The notes beneath the pieces are model-generated. The model saw only the letters and a program-made list of their open reading frames with translations. It made no database searches and was not told where the DNA came from. A program made the position numbers and the translations under genes. 64,000 nt of DNA from Antedon mediterranea (lineage: Eukaryota; Animalia; Echinodermata): contig NC_092673.1 in assembly GCF_964355755.1 (NCBI RefSeq), positions 14,170,948 to 14,234,947 of the forward strand, given 5' to 3'. This document shows, one piece after another, positions 24,480-38,813 of this stretch. Within the stretch, counting starts at the first letter, position 1, and the number at the start of each line of letters is the position of its first letter.

Positions 24480-25030
24480 ATTGTCAACAGGCTAATTATA
24501 AGAGAAAGCTAACACGACCGAAGCATCCAAGAGATTTAAATTTTGTTATTGACCAAGACTACATTCCTGCTGGTTTTATACTGACATCGTTCTTGGTAAC
24601 CAACGGCACATACTGTGATGGAACTTCTGTCAAACGCAAGGGGTTACCGTTGCTTCCCGTAGAGCACATTTCACCTATATTTTACTTTCTTCAACACAAT
24701 GCTGGGGATAACGGTGTAATACACCAACTTCTTGTGTATATGCAGTGAACATGGGTATATGGTAACGTTTTCACACCAAGAGACTGGTCTGTATATGGCT
24801 AAGAAAGGCGCACGAATAACGACCTAGAAGGCTGGCACAGCAGACTGAATCGTAAAGGACGACACTGTAAGTACTCTACAGTATCATTGTGATGATTTGA
24901 TAATCAATGTATTCGTTATAATAGTTATTCTTTGGTTATGTAAATATAGCGACAAGCTTATGATAATGCTTATAATTTAATGTGTTTTTTAGCGAAATTA
25001 CCCTTTTACCTTGATCTCCTGTTCGACGAA
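24480..25030 (+). pseudogene. MULE (Mutator) transposase remnant
   Basis: LPLLPVEHI..LLVYMQ*TWV..PRDWSVYG*ERRTNNDLEGWHSRLN; RTNNxxEGWH is the MULE catalytic-E motif. Confidence 0.8.
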
Positions 25031-26355
25031 ATCAGAAATTTTTATATTGCCATGGAGCTAGTAAATCGAGAAGATTAGTACAAAGACTGAGAATGATTGG
25101 GCAATGTTCGGCCTATTCTGGAGTACGCCGATGTAGAGTTCAGCATGGGATACCCTCATCTCAGACTCAGAATTTGAGGTCTTAGGGGGTTAATATTGAA
25201 ATTTAAATTTAAATTTTTACCGATCTGGGAGTATGATTCTTTATACGGAGCATGTTTTTTGTTTCTCCGACATACTGTTACCACAAATATTACAGTATGA
25301 GAATTAATTGTCTAACCAAAAACTTATATATATATTTCAAAATTGCAAAAGCCTTTATTCTTTGACATACACATCGAGAACCTCTTGCTCATTATTCCAA
25401 ATTCCAAACTTGATGACATCTTCCAATATTTTCTCCTTAAAATAAAGTTTGTTCCCTTCTCTTGTCTCCAAAAGCTTTCTGGATTCTTCTAATTCCTGTT
25501 TCAGGGCATTCAGAAGTTGTTTTTTCCCCTTCTTTAATTCTGGATTTGCCTCCTACTTTTCTCAAGGACAAGAAAGACAAATCCTAGAGAAGTTTCTAAG
25601 CACAGAGTAAGTCCATCCAGTCCTTATTCTATAAGAAAGCAAAATCTCGCAGAAGGTACAAGGAATGGTTTAATCTTCTCTTTGCCATATCCATGCAAGT
25701 TTATCGAACCGGTAGTAAGGATGTCACTCGTCATAAACACTTTTTCCGCCGGAAGTGTGAACAGGTTAAAAGGTGACGAGAAGAGACTTAGTTTAAGAAA
25801 ACAAGGAGATGCTCTTCATGTTTTTTTTTAACTGAGAAAATTGGATACGCTAAAGAATAGCATTAATGAGGTGAATGTCCAAAGACAAGAAATCGCCCGT
25901 CTAGAAAATGAGAAATTTCAATTAAAAGAGAGATTAGGTGCTGGTCCAACCATCAGTACTAAAGATGGGAGTAAAATAAGGAGTACGGTAAAAGAAACGG
26001 GGTGGTAGAAGCCAATATGGCCTGCAATTCGATTTGTAGTGAAAACCTAAATGCCATGTGCATTAAGTGGGCCTTTGCCATCGCTCCACACAACAGCAAA
26101 TTGCATCCGAGATGAATGAAGTGGCTAAGCAATATATGAGGAGTGAATTAGTGCTGATAGAAGTACAATGAAAATACATACAAACTTGGAGTAGAAGAAA
26201 CTGCAGGGGTGAGGTACAACAATACGATGATTGTATTCAAGGCATGTCATATGAAATCGACCATTGTACAACCAATAGCACTATTGATCGTGGACTAGAA
26301 AAAGCCACTGGCAACACACTCAATACATTCAGATGTGCAATGCATCCACTGGATA

Positions 26356-27331
26356 TGTCGTAGGCCACACACAAAGAACAAAAGAATGAACCTCGCACTC
26401 TGTTCTGTATTTACGTTGTAAGACATTTATTAAAACTGGACCGTAAATCGAATCATTAAACAGACTAAACACACAAACACAAACCCCTGTAATACCAATC
26501 AGAGAAAAAATAACATTATTATTATTATAAGTTATCTATCTCCATCAGTTTACATCATTATAGCATTTAGCCAATAACACATCTTTAACTCAGGAAATTA
26601 TATCAATACCTGCAATGCCCTCCTGTAACACTAACACAGCTTAGTATAGTTACAATTAAAAACGAGTTGCTCTCAAATCAGCTCGATTTACTGCAGTCAG
26701 CAATTGTCAGTAACACCAACCATCTAAAATAATCAATTACAACTACTAATATAACTACTGTACTTATATGCAACAACATAATCAGAAACTTAACGCTACC
26801 GATATCGTACATGGGCGCCGCCATCTTTGTTGTTTACATTATAGGAATACATGCTAGAGGGCGCTCGACGAACTCAAAAACTCAATGTAAACGATCGGTA
26901 ACTGATCAACTCTCAACAGTTCTTAACTTATCAAAATGATTAAACAATCTACAAGGTGAAATATAATTTCAACTTCATAAAAGAGTATTGTATACAGTAC
27001 ATAACAACATGGCAAACAAGGCCATAGAAACCGTTACTGCTATTATTCTAGCTCATTTATATACAATACAAAGTCTTTGATTGTTACATATGATGATAAT
27101 CAAATTCACACGACCATGCAGACAAATATTCAAAATCACTATAAACTACTTGAGGAAACATAGCATACTAGACTTACAATTAAAGTGGTTTTCTTCGCAA
27201 AAAATTAACAAACTAACAATCTTTAAACTCTTCTTAAACACGGCTTATCCTCCTCGAGCTTTTATCTCAACTCTCACGAGGTACAACCTTATAACAACGA
27301 CGCTATCTAAATATTAATGCGCATACGTACA
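26356..27331 (-). mobile_element. Possible solo LTR
   Basis: On the minus strand it starts TGTACG and ends ACGACA, with AATAAA about 70 bp before the end. No matching TSD (GGATA vs AAATC). Confidence 0.3.
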
Positions 27332-27746
27332 AAATCACCAAGGCAAACATTCTATAATAATAAAGTAGTTCCAATCAAAATAATTATTTAAGTGTAAAAT
27401 ATGAATAAATTGAATAGAATCATTCTCAATAAAAGTAACAAATAATAGTAATATAATTCCAGTCTCCGACAGATACAATTCGTCAGGCCCTGCTTCGTGC
27501 AGTTGATAAGCTGTTTCATTGTGATACAACAGGCCTTCCACATGATCTACCGCAATTTCTGAGGAAAAGGGGTTTTGGATGTGGAGAAAACTCTTTAATC
27601 CAAGGTGGGTTGGAAACATATTTTTTTGTAAATGCTGCCCTTATGTATTTATTCTGGGTCTAAGACTAATGTATTCATAACAATTATTGGCTTTCATTAA
27701 TTTTATATTCTTAGCTTGATCACTAAACATTTACCAAAAATGGAAA

Positions 27747-27785
<39 letters not shown>

Positions 27786-28179
27786 CTACATGGTGGACCA
27801 GAACGATGTAATGTATGAAGATGTCCATCAGAAACTCAGTAAGGTAGAGTAAAAAACAATTTACTGTAATAATGAAATATTAAAGCATTCCAGGACAAGT
27901 TTGCTCGACTTTAATCCAACCATTAGACTAAAAACAATCAACGAAGCCAAAATAATTTACAAATTATTTCGGAATATGAACTATATTTAATTAAATCCTA
28001 TTGACTGCAAGCAACAAAGAGCCGTTGAATTTTTCAAAGGTCAGGAGTCTTTTTAAGGTCAATTGGACCGAGGAAAATGTTTCTCTAAAAGACAAGGAAG
28101 AAGAAACCATATTTTGTGTGGAGGTAAGTGCCTGTAATTTGATAATTATTACTGTGATATTGCGGTAGTATTTAATTAT

Positions 28180-28889
28180 ACGCCGTGGTTAGGATTCCGG
28201 CACCGGAACCCAACTGCCCAGCGTTAGGGAATCCGACACGCTATTGCGCATGCCCAATTCTTTGACTATACAGCGATGGATCATTTCATAGCTGCGCCAC
28301 ACGGCAAACTAGCCTAGATGCCTACTAATACGGGATCCACTAATCTAGGCTAGGGCTACCAGTTAGACGTGACCAGTGGGACTATTTATTTTGTAATTAA
28401 AAAGTGGTTGCTTCATTCATATATAAACTTCATATCATTATGAATTATATAATTACATGACTAGTTTTATGATTTTTCATAACGCATTATACTGTACATA
28501 ACAACATGCAATCACAAGTTGATTTGTTGACGGCAACCACCGCGTGGATGTGAAAAAACTGAGAAGTCAGGGTCGCAACGCTAAAAACAGCATTACGATT
28601 CTTAGATAGATACTTATACTTATTAATATCATTATAATTATTTTAACGCGTGGCGTAGTCGTATTTTATTTATTAATTCATGTATGGCATAGGCCAAGTT
28701 TCATCCATCGCTCTCTCGCTCGCGCAACGACTATAAATCCCTATAACACTCCGACTCGGTGGTGTGGTGTGTGTGGCACTATTTAGTGCAAGCATACTTC
28801 ACTTCCCAGAGCTCTGGGCATGCGCAATAGCGTGTCGGGATTCCCTAACGGTGGGCAGTTTAACGCCGTGGTTAGGATTCCGGCACCGG
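28180..28889. mobile_element. Non-coding element with 46-bp inverted repeats enclosed by 27-bp direct repeats
   Basis: ACGCCGTGGTTAGGATTCCGGCACCGG at 28180-28206 and 28863-28889; AACTGCCCAGCGTTAGGGAATCCGACACGCTATTGCGCATGCCCA (from 28212) is inverted at 28815-28860. Confidence 0.8.
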
Positions 28890-29135
28890 TAATAAATGAA
28901 ACCTACTGTGTTTAAAATTATGTATGGATAAACAAGTATTGTACAGTGTTGCAATATTATTTACATAAGTTGAATTGATTGCATATTTTTTACGTGTAAG
29001 TGTGAAATAATGTTCTGAATTGAATTTTTGTTTATGTACAGAATGATTTTTTAACAATGTGTTAAAGATATAATTGAACAGTTTTTTAAAAAAATGTTTT
29101 GTTGAATATGCCGTCACTATAGAGTTGTTCACTGT

Positions 29136-29523
29136 GGCCCTGTTTCTGCTGCCAATCCCAAATATACCGTATAAATATACCATATATGAAATTCGTGCAC
29201 CGTTTCCGCTGCACATACTTTGTGGGTGGGCTGTAAAAAAGTTGGCTTTCATTACCCAAAATGCATTTTGTGAGACGGACGTATGGATTGACCTAGAGTC
29301 TCGTGTAGTGAGGTTTATACCCGACAAAAACAAAACAATGATGGTTTCTCAACGTTGTCGTAGCATTGCTTTCTATCTTAAATCTAATGAGCAGAAGTAG
29401 CAACGAATTTACACCGCGTCACGCTCTGTTATTTTTGACCTCGGGTCACATACGGTATATTTTGAGTGCAGCAGAAACGGGGTACGAAATATACGGTATA
29501 TTTTTGGCAGCAGAAACGGGGCC
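29136..29523. mobile_element. MITE, PIF/Harbinger-like termini GGCCCTGTTTCTGCTGCC
   Basis: 18-bp TIR with one mismatch plus internal inverted AATATACCGTAT; related termini recur at 48606-48708. TSD imperfect (TGT/TTT). Confidence 0.7.
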
Positions 29524-30059
29524 TTTGACCAAAAATTAGATTGTAAAAAATGCATTTGTACCTGAAAATTGTTTGTTTGCGGCAACTGAATATGATTGTA
29601 TTAATCTTCATTGTTTATGTTTTTTGGGGACAATAAATCCTTCAATAAATTTTTTACTGTATTATTTTTGTTTAAAACTACAGTAACTTGATTGAATTTG
29701 TTTCAGGTTTGGAAAAATGATATTGCCAAACTTTTGGAAAGCATAGGACAATGTCAACACAGGAATCGAGGCAACTGTTTATTGACTAATCGGAACAATG
29801 TAATTACAGTATTGTGTTATTGCCATTTCATTTGGACTTCTGCAACATTAGCACAAGGCACCTGTGACGTGTGTTGTATTTGTTGTGTTTTACTGTAATC
29901 AGCCAATATTTATAGTTATTCAATCATGTTAGTTGGCAAACATATTACAAACTGGTTATTAGTATATTTTTTATACTTAACTTCCTGATGATTTGATAAC
30001 ACCTGATTAAATGTTATTTTATGTTTTTATAGAAATTAAAGATTACTACCAACTACTAC

Positions 30060-30310
30060 CTTGAATTTGGTTGATTAATATTTCAACGTTAAATCTATGT
30101 TGAAATTTACGTTGATGCAAATTTTCATTTCAACTTAATTATTACGTTGTTTCAACGTTAATAATTTCAACATTGAATCAACATTGATAATTTCAACGTA
30201 GACATTTTTACGTTGTTTCAACATTGATAATCTATGTTGAATCAACGTTGACATTTTTGTTGAGGCAAACTTTCATTTTCAACCATTTTTTCAACGTTAT
30301 TTCAACTTTA
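30060..30310. repeat. Degenerate array of TCAACGTTGA palindromic motifs (DNA-transposon subterminal repeats)
   Basis: Repeated TTTCAACGTT / TCAACATTGA motifs. Confidence 0.7.
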
Positions 30311-32264
30311 CTAGGGGCCTAGCCTACTACTAAGCCTAGAAATAGGCCGGCCTAGGCTATACTAGTTTTTATTGATTGTGATCCTTTTTAGGCAAACGTA
30401 CCTTTTCGCTCTCAAAATTGGCTACAACATCATTAAGTGCCATCGACTCTTAAGATTTCTTTTATGCTTGACATACTGACGTACTTATTTTAACCGCTAC
30501 ACATCTCTCTGTGAATGCTCTGTTTTTTTATATATACAATAATTTATTATGCGAGACACAGGCGCGGCTAGGAGGAGGCCATTGCAATTAGGTGACTACT
30601 TCTTCGCATGCAGCTAAAGTAAAACGACGTCACGTTAAAGCGGGTCATCCGTCAATGTGAGTTGTTGCTGCTAGAGTATAGAGTTTGACTGCATGACGAT
30701 TGGTGTGTACTGCATGATAAATGTGAACTGAAGGCAGAGGAGGCTTTCCATAGCTACTGTAGCTTTTTAGGGTGCGTGGTGTATAAGACGCACACAAAAT
30801 TTGCGTGTCTTGTACATATACAGTACAGTAAAATTATAGTAATCAAACATAGGCCTAGATAAGATAAAGGGGCTAGACCAGAACTACGCCTAGGCTAGCA
30901 TAAACACAAACATAGCAAAACATGTAAACTCAATCAAAGGGGTACAGATATTTACCGTACAGTTGAATGTCCCTGATATGGACAACTACATAGCGTATTC
31001 ATATTATGTTTAATAGCTTCTATGTGAATGTTTTGTACTGCAAATTACTAGTTTAGCCAACATCAACATGCCTTCCTGGGCGCAGCCATATGAATTTTCC
31101 CTTGACAACTTTTTCCAAATAGAGGGCTACAAACACAAAATTTTAAAATTGTTTATGTTTCTTGTAATTATTATTGTATACAGTACCTTTTTCAGTTCCT
31201 AAAAAATAAAATTTTCATCCATTTCATTGCAAAAAAAATTTTTTTTTAAAGAATTCGAAAAAAAAGCCCCGTTGTTTACTCTAATGCCAATTAACAAATG
31301 CATTAAAAAAGTTGCTATGCTCCAATCGATATGCACGCAGCCGCGTAAAAACGAAACATTGACGTTTGGATTTGCCGGTGACCGGAACAGGTGTGAAAGA
31401 CCCTTTAATGTTGTTAATTAATAGTGATTTTATTTTTGGTATGCAGCTATTTACAAAGATAAGTGACTTCGCGGTGAATATGGAAATCGTAAAGGCTTAC
31501 ATCAAACCAGACTCGGTGGGTGTAGCTGAAGTAACTGCGGTGGTGAAGGAGGCTGACAGGCTAACTAGTACTGAGTCAAGTACAATTTAAGTAAGTGTGA
31601 AATTACGTAATTTATTTTATATATGATACCTTGAACATTTGTTTTTGTTACTTTTGGTAAGTTGTCTTGATGCATCTTTTAATGTTCCAAATTGTCGGGA
31701 ATACGAAAAAGCTCGATTAGATCGAATACCCTTTCATTTCTTTCCAAATGATAAGGCGTTGGTCAGAAGTTGACCCAAAACACCACCAGTGAGAAAAAGT
31801 CCAATGTACGGATTTCTGGTCTTATTATATCCCATACGAGCTGGTTTACTCTAAGCTACAAACAGTACAAACTGGTTTGGTAAAAGGGGCAACTTGCGTG
31901 GCTTATTTGGTCAATGAAATCGCAAGACATAAAGATAGTACCAAGATCATTGATACTCAGAAGCTCCTTTACATTGGCATGATGCTTTATCATCTCATGT
32001 GATACCTTTTGTGTAAGATCTATATATAATTATTTGTTTTCTAATTTTTACGTTTAACTGTGAATGCGTAATGTATGTAATATCAAATTCTGTAAGCTAT
32101 ATAATTTTATATTATTATTATTATTATTTTATATTACAGGACTTGAATGTAAGCTTTACATCATCACATCGAAATGAGTCGATAGGCTCTACATGGATAC
32201 CAGAAGAGGACAGTTTCTTCTTCATCTGAATATATAAACTGCCCTTATACTAGTATAAAAACAG

Positions 32265-32475
32265 GTGGAAATCCATTTTAAATCATGTGGTAAATGTTCA
32301 CAGATGGGAAGAAGATGGGATTGAGAATACCTGTGCACACAGTGCCCTAACAGAAGAAGCAGCAGAAAGCAAGATATGGCCAGCCTATGATTGATGCTTT
32401 GAAAAAAATTGTACTGGATAAGAGATTAGATAATGATCTTGGTCAACTTGGAGAATTTAAGCATACTGGTGGGTG
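32265..32475 (+). pseudogene. Kolobok transposase exon fragment
   Basis: WKSILNHVVNVHRW..TCAHSALTEE..W..DALKKIVLDKRLDNDLGQLGEFKHTG. Confidence 0.75.
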
Positions 32476-32592
32476 TGACATTTTTTGTGTGTACACAATA
32501 AGAATTAAACGTTAGTGTAAAACCCATTTTACTTACTCACTGCTCAATTCTTCAATTCAGGTACCGATCATGCCTCATAATTATAACCAAAA

Positions 32593-33220
32593 ATGCCTAC
32601 AATAGGAAGCATAGAAGCCTACGATGACAATACTGAAGATTGGACCGCATATGTGGAAAGGCTATGTTGACGCTAATGGTTAGCCTTAAGAATGGAATAT
32701 GGTCAAAAAGACGTCACAGAAATAAGTGGTAAACCAATTGCTAGCACTTGCCACAGATGCGATAGCAACACACACCGATCTGACAAATGCAAATTTATCG
32801 ACCTGATATGCAATTTATGTACGGGCAAAAGTCAAGCAGGTTCAAAGACGAAACCTGCATACAAAGGTACGAAATGTCACAAATTTAAACAATTTCACAA
32901 TGTTGATAGAGAGTCGGACGATGACGTTGAATTAAAGGGACTCGATCAAATTACAGTGACAATTGAAAATATTGAATCTGATACTACTCCAATTTGGATC
33001 CAACGGAGTGAAAGTAAACACTGGTGCTACTTACTCAATTATGAACCACAATGATTTTCGCAAGTATTTCCCGAACATGAGGTTAGATACGGTTCTAGAA
33101 TAATTCAAAACAAACTCCGGCGAGCCAATCACATGCATTGGTGCTTGTAATGCTCATGTGAGTTATAATTGACAAACAGCAGATAGCAAATTGTTTATTG
33201 TAGAAAATGGTGGAATATTT
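32593..33220 (+). pseudogene. Gypsy gag-protease remnant
   Basis: MPTIGSIEAYDDNTEDWTAYVERL; CHRCDSNTHRSDKCKFIDLICNLC; degenerate protease motif NTGATYSIM. Confidence 0.8.
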
Positions 33221-33784
33221 AGATAGTACATAATAACCACATTATGTTACAAATTATTATTATACTCTTACTTAAAATTGTATGTACAGTAGGCCTATAA
33301 ATAGTTCAGTATGTTGTACTGTCCCTAGAAAAAAAAGGTATTTAAAGTTATTTCTGTAAAACTACAGCGTTTTGTGTTACAATGTGCCATATCATATATT
33401 AACATTGGTTGCTGGTGGTATGTACAATATCTAAGCTGGTCTCTAGTCTAACTTTAGGGTGTCTGGCACTTGCTACACATCAAGATGGCCCTTTTTTACG
33501 AGTCTATCTTTCTTGGCAGACCATGTTACTCCAAGAAAATCAACATCATCTGTAAGTTTTTTTTTTTATAGGTGAGGGTTAAGATTGGTCCTTAAAAACA
33601 TCAAACATTTTTAATGGTCAATTATATTGCCATGGAAGAGGTTGCACTTCATTTACACATGTTCCCAATTTATTTCTCCTCCCAAGCCAGGGTTTAATCC
33701 CCATCTTCTTTTTTTTTGCTCTATCTTTGGTCAAAAACTAAAAATCACAATGACCAAAGCATCAAAGCTTAAAACCCAAACCCA

Positions 33785-34444
33785 AACATGGAGTTCCACA
33801 AGGTAGCATATTAGGTCCGCTTCTGTTTATATGTTACATTAATGATATGTCAATATGCATTGAAAATGACTGTAAATTCATCATTTTTGGATCCAAAAAG
33901 AAATTAAAGAATATTGAACACTTTGAAGTCCTCTATAATAAGTTCATGTACAGACTGGATTAACGCCGTGCATAACAGCTTACGACTTTGATTATGCTGT
34001 CTCGTCCTGGTATTGTGGTATCAGTACTGTCCTGAAAAATAAACTAAAAGTAACACAAAACAAAATTGTGAGATTTATTCTCGATCTCGCCCCTAGGGCA
34101 CATGTTGGTCAGGCCGAACTTGCCGTTACTGGATACCTGAAAATAAGCGATAGGGTTAAGTAAATTAGACTAATCCACGCTTTCAAAATATACCACGATA
34201 TTGAAGCTCCTTATCTTAATGAACATTTTACAAAGATTTCTGATCGGCACACTCATAGTACAAGGAAATCCAATGTAAACTTTGTAATTCCAAATATTAA
34301 AGGCCAAGCCTCTAAAACATTTTATTATAATGCTATTAAAGACTGGAATGGACCCCATTGGAATTAAGCTGTTTCAGCTTTATGGGTCATCCTGGTATTT
34401 TTGTTGTGTTTCTTGAGTACCGAACAAACAAACAAACAAACAAA
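33785..34444 (+). mobile_element. L2/Crack-like LINE 3' remnant
   Basis: GVPQGSILGPLLFICYINDM; FDYA..W; TQNKIVRFIL; APYL..HTHSTR..KTFYYNAIKDWN; (CAAA)n tail at 34422-34444. Confidence 0.85.
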
Positions 34445-35000
34445 ATGCACCACCATTTTAGTTTTAGATTTCTCTTGGATTCCCTACACAGACATGGTTT
34501 TTGCAGCTCTTCCATGGCATAGAAATGATTGCTGCTGTCATCACATCAGCAAGTAATGGTTTTGTATTGTAGCTTGATTAGAAATTGAACAAAACCATTG
34601 TCTAATAGTGGGCAAAGTTTATTAGAACACATGTGTTCCTTTAATTATGCATTCAACATATGGATTCAAATTTTCAAGTGGGACATGCTGCAGCATTCAA
34701 TTTTTGTCAAAAATCTGGCAGTTTGTGTGTGGGGGAGTGATGTTTTAAGATTAAGATCAGTCCTAGATATCCAGATTCTACCACTAACTCCTGTGAAGTT
34801 ACAAACAGTGAAACACTGAAAAGTAAGCATTTTATAAACATGAATCTAAGCTACCAATAGAGAGAAATGGCGAACCGACGTCTAAAATCCGAGTGGGTAT
34901 AAAATCATAACAAACCGTTGAGGGCGGCACATTTCCTATGTTTATACACGTGAATCATGGCGTCGTCTAACCAATGTTGTTGCTGTAACGCTCATAATTC

Positions 35001-35325
35001 TTGTTGTATTTGTGTATTTACACCAAGTTAAATTTTCAAAAATCATTGATAAATGTTCCCAAACTCACTCCGCTTACTATGGCAGGTTGGATTTCAAAAG
35101 GGGTAAAGGAGACCGACGGTAAATCGTGGACTTTTTTTAAGGAAAAATACGTATACGGTGGGGTTATTGCCCATGTGCCTAGGACGGATGGCCAAGGCAC
35201 AGATTATGTTATACAGGCATATTGCTATCGCAGCCAAAGAAAACGACAAAGCCCACATTGTAGCAACATATGCTTTTTTAGTTTTGAAGGGAGAGCACAA
35301 CTTAGGGAAGCTCATTGCAGATTAA
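35001..35325 (+). pseudogene. N-terminal part of a SWIM/YqaJ-type transposon accessory protein
   Basis: KSWTFFKEKYV..YVIQAYCYRSQRKRQSPH..AHC, typical of the region just before a SWIM finger; cut by an (ATT)n microsatellite. Confidence 0.45.
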
Positions 35326-35739
35326 TAATAATATTATTATTATTATTATTATAATAACCGATAATCCGTGCTAGGCTCGAGTACTCGAGGTACTACAGCA
35401 TACAGCATACAGGCCAACTATCTAGGGCCTAGAGCTGGGTACAGTATATAACAAAAACGCGTCTTAATTCAATCCAAATTAAAATAAAATATGTTAAGAT
35501 TTGCCCATATAACATTCAAATTGTTAAGGGTGTTGCAAAAAAAAGTTATTATTATTCAGTGGCCATTTTGGATTTACTGTACTGTATACATATTACAGTA
35601 TTAAGAAAAATTCAGTAAATTTAATGAAATGTTGATATGTTCCTTTCATGCTGGCCCACATTTTTACTACTGTAAAGTGCAGAGCAGCTAGTGAAATACA
35701 TTGGGATCACATAATGCTCTACATAAACAAAGTCTTATT

Positions 35740-35835
35740 ACAAGTCTTTGGGAGTGGAGTAATTTGGTCCTTAGAAAAAATCCTGACATGTGATGGGACT
35801 TAAACCCAGGACCATTGGAGTGGTAGCCAAGATAA
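35740..35835 (-). mobile_element. Degenerate tRNA-derived SINE
   Basis: Minus strand GGTCCTGGGTTTAAGTCCC (B-box-like). Similar relics at 45820-45890 and 53830-53905, also on the minus strand. Confidence 0.35.
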
Positions 35836-36304
35836 GTGATTTCTATATAAAACCATGTTTGCTTTCATTTACAATTTTAAAAATTAAAAAATATATAGAT
35901 AAAATATTGTAATAAAAGACTATAAACAGTCATTAAAATCGTACTTAAAATGGATGAGGTATGCCATGCAATAAAGTCACTGAATCCAAGTGCCGCTGAA
36001 GGAAAGTTCAAGAGGTATATTACAAAAAAGATCATGGACTTGAATCGATCGACCAAGAAAAAATAAGCTGATGTTTAGGCAAAACTAAAAATAATTTTGT
36101 TTCCTGTCCAGTGGTGGGTAAAAATATTATGATTATTTTGGCCTTACATTCATCTGTATAGTTAAATTCTTTTCATATTAGAAAACAAATGCGGTAGATG
36201 TTTGATAACTTTACATAAACTGTTGTTGTTCTAGTTGTAGTATGGATGTGATCCCACTCCATCTGTCAAAACCAGTAATTTATTGTTTTATATTATGTGA
36301 TTAA

Positions 36305-36830
36305 GAGTGCTTGTCACCAAAAATCAGACATATTCGTAATTTAGTGGCAAGGGTCAAAATTTCGAATTGGCTCATATTTTGCACATTGGTAGACCTTGAT
36401 GTAAGGAAACCTGATGTGTAGTTTGTTTGGTAAAATATTGCTTAGTTTTCGAGAAAATCGAAAAATAACAATTTTCGGCCAATTTTGTTAATTTTTGGTG
36501 TATAATTTACATTAAGTTTAACAGCCTCTGGAAGCCAAACGTAGCTACCTAACGTTTTAATATTTTACACTTAGGTTAACTAGCATCTTGAAAATATTTT
36601 AGTGAAGTTTCAAAAAATTTGATGAAATTCTAAGATTTTTAATAATTAATTACAAATTAGCATATATAAAACTCATAAAAACTAGGGTAAAAACAAACGC
36701 ATTTTTTTTCATGTGCGACGAATTTTTTTTTAATAAAAAAATCATCAATCTAAAGTTTAGATACTAATATTTATGAATCAAGTAAAAAAAATTTGGGGAA
36801 ACTATTTTGCGCTCCGCGCCAGAGCCACAA
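36305..36830. mobile_element. Possible Sola3-like transposon end
   Basis: TTAA followed by GAGTGCTTGTCACC and an AT-rich TIR-like segment; partner end not seen. Confidence 0.3.
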
Positions 36831-37757
36831 AGTTGTAAGAAATTCAAAGATTTTATCTGTCGGCAAGATCAATCAGATGTACCTAATGTTTTCTATTTAC
36901 AGATTTAAGATTTACTATTACTAATGAGACCTATCACAAGCCTCTCAAGGCTTTCACAAAAAAGCATCTGAAGAATGCATCACCCAGACTCATGCGAATG
37001 CTACTTTGAATACATTTAACATATCCATGAAATTGCTGAAAGATGACCAGAAGACCAAGCCCCAAAAGAAGCAATGGTCTTTTGAAACTTTCAGTCATAA
37101 TATTGATATTTACTTATCTTTATTGACCATGATATAATTATTTAAATTTTGCAGTCTATTGATCTGGATCGTATTATGCTGGGACCTGTCTTATCCAAAC
37201 AATACAAACTGTAGACACACGTTTTGAAAGACACAACAAATTTATACATCATTTTTAAAAATTTGAAAAACATTTTTTATAGTAGAACCACAGACAATCA
37301 CCTAAGCCGTATATGGTATTGTTTGTGAAAGATGACAATGGCCGATACGACGTCGTAGAGACGTCGTCGAATTTGAGAAGTAAATTCTACTTTGGAGCAG
37401 GATTGATTTGTGGTAAATACGAAATACTATTTATAGCTTCATAACAGCGATACCATTATCAGAATTAGGGTTAATTTTATTTAAGCCACCTTCTGGTTTA
37501 TTTATTATTTTTTCTTATTTGCAGGATTGTCGACCGTATGGTTGAGGGTAACAGTAACACACAGAATGAGGCACAGTCTCGACATTTTAGGTTGGGAATG
37601 CTAAATAAATATTAAATATTACTTACGTCTGGTAGTCCTAACACATCTCTAAAGTAATGCGTCTTAAAATTATTTTATTTAATAAATCTATGAAACCATG
37701 ATACCGTATTCAATTCCATCTTCAACATTTATCGTTGTTTTTTTGTAAAAATATTTC

Positions 37758-37991
37758 AGTTGATTCGATCAAAACCGACTCTTCGGTATTTACTCAGGCC
37801 TTCAGCAACCAAAAAACTTACAATGAAAGTGCTCCTTAACGAGTTGGCGCCGAGCTTCTCGGAGAGGGGAAGTAACCGGCGCCCCATTGAAGAGGGAGTG
37901 TACGGTTGTTTTGTAAAATGCCAAGATGCTTGGTGAACCATTGACGTCGAAAATTTTACTAATCGTCAGTGGATGGAAAATTTTCGTATGT
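37758..37991 (+). pseudogene. Harbinger-like transposase N-terminal fragment
   Basis: W*TIDVENFTNRQWMENFRM resembles the FxxxxWxENFRM motif. Confidence 0.4.
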
Positions 37992-38078
37992 AAGGTAATT
38001 ATATTTACCATTGCTTGTGGTGTGTGTGTGTGTGTGTTGAATAAAACATTGAACTCATTTTTATTTTTTAAATATTAG

Positions 38079-38153
38079 GGGTTTCCAAGAAACTAGAAGC
38101 CGTTGCAAAGCTAGAAAGCGGTAAAAGTGTAAAGCCATGGATTCACAGCATTA
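38079..38153 (+). pseudogene. Kolobok transposase exon split by the Sola2-like insertion (continues at 45714-45721)
   Basis: After an AG acceptor: VSKKLEAVAKLESGKSVKPWIHSI. Joining across the insertion gives WIHSISNH, the conserved WxxSIxNH motif. Confidence 0.75.
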
Positions 38154-38813
38154 GGGCAATTCCATGGTCACTCGCATTACACATTACATTCATTTTTGTT
38201 AGTCTAAGCTTTGTACTTTCTATACTAATTGGATTTTTAAGTCAATGTTTTATATGAACATACTTTAGGTGCAAGTCTTTAATAAAATACTATAAAAAAA
38301 ATTGTATGTCTTTTACTTCGACAATGACGCCATTGCGAAATTCTGTCACACGCATTACACAAAAAGGACACAACAAAAATTTGATTAGATTTGATAAGAA
38401 CGTGTCCTTAAACTAAAAATATATGAATCAAAAGATCTTATATTTTTAATTGCTGTACTTTTAAAGTATAAAATAGGATAATAAAAAAATTCAACATTAC
38501 ATAGATTTTAAAAATATTTTACATTTTAACAAAAAAGTCCCGTCACTCGCATTACTGTCACTCGCATTACCGTAAGAAATGAACTTAGTATTTACTAAGC
38601 AAAGCAGAAAGAAAAGTCAGACAATAATTAAATAATGCAACATTAAACCACTCAAAGAATGTTATATCAATTTTCAAGTAAAAACTTTTATTTCAACTCA
38701 TTTGGATGTTCAAGTTCTAAAGGACATCATCTGTTTTTAACACTAACAGAACATCTTGTTTTTTTATAAACACAGTAACACTTATACGGTCACTAAAAAT
38801 AAAAATAGAAAAT

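Noticed and set aside
25640-26355. Possible transposase remnant (RCAMHPLD)
   Set aside because: One weak CxxH motif with many stops.
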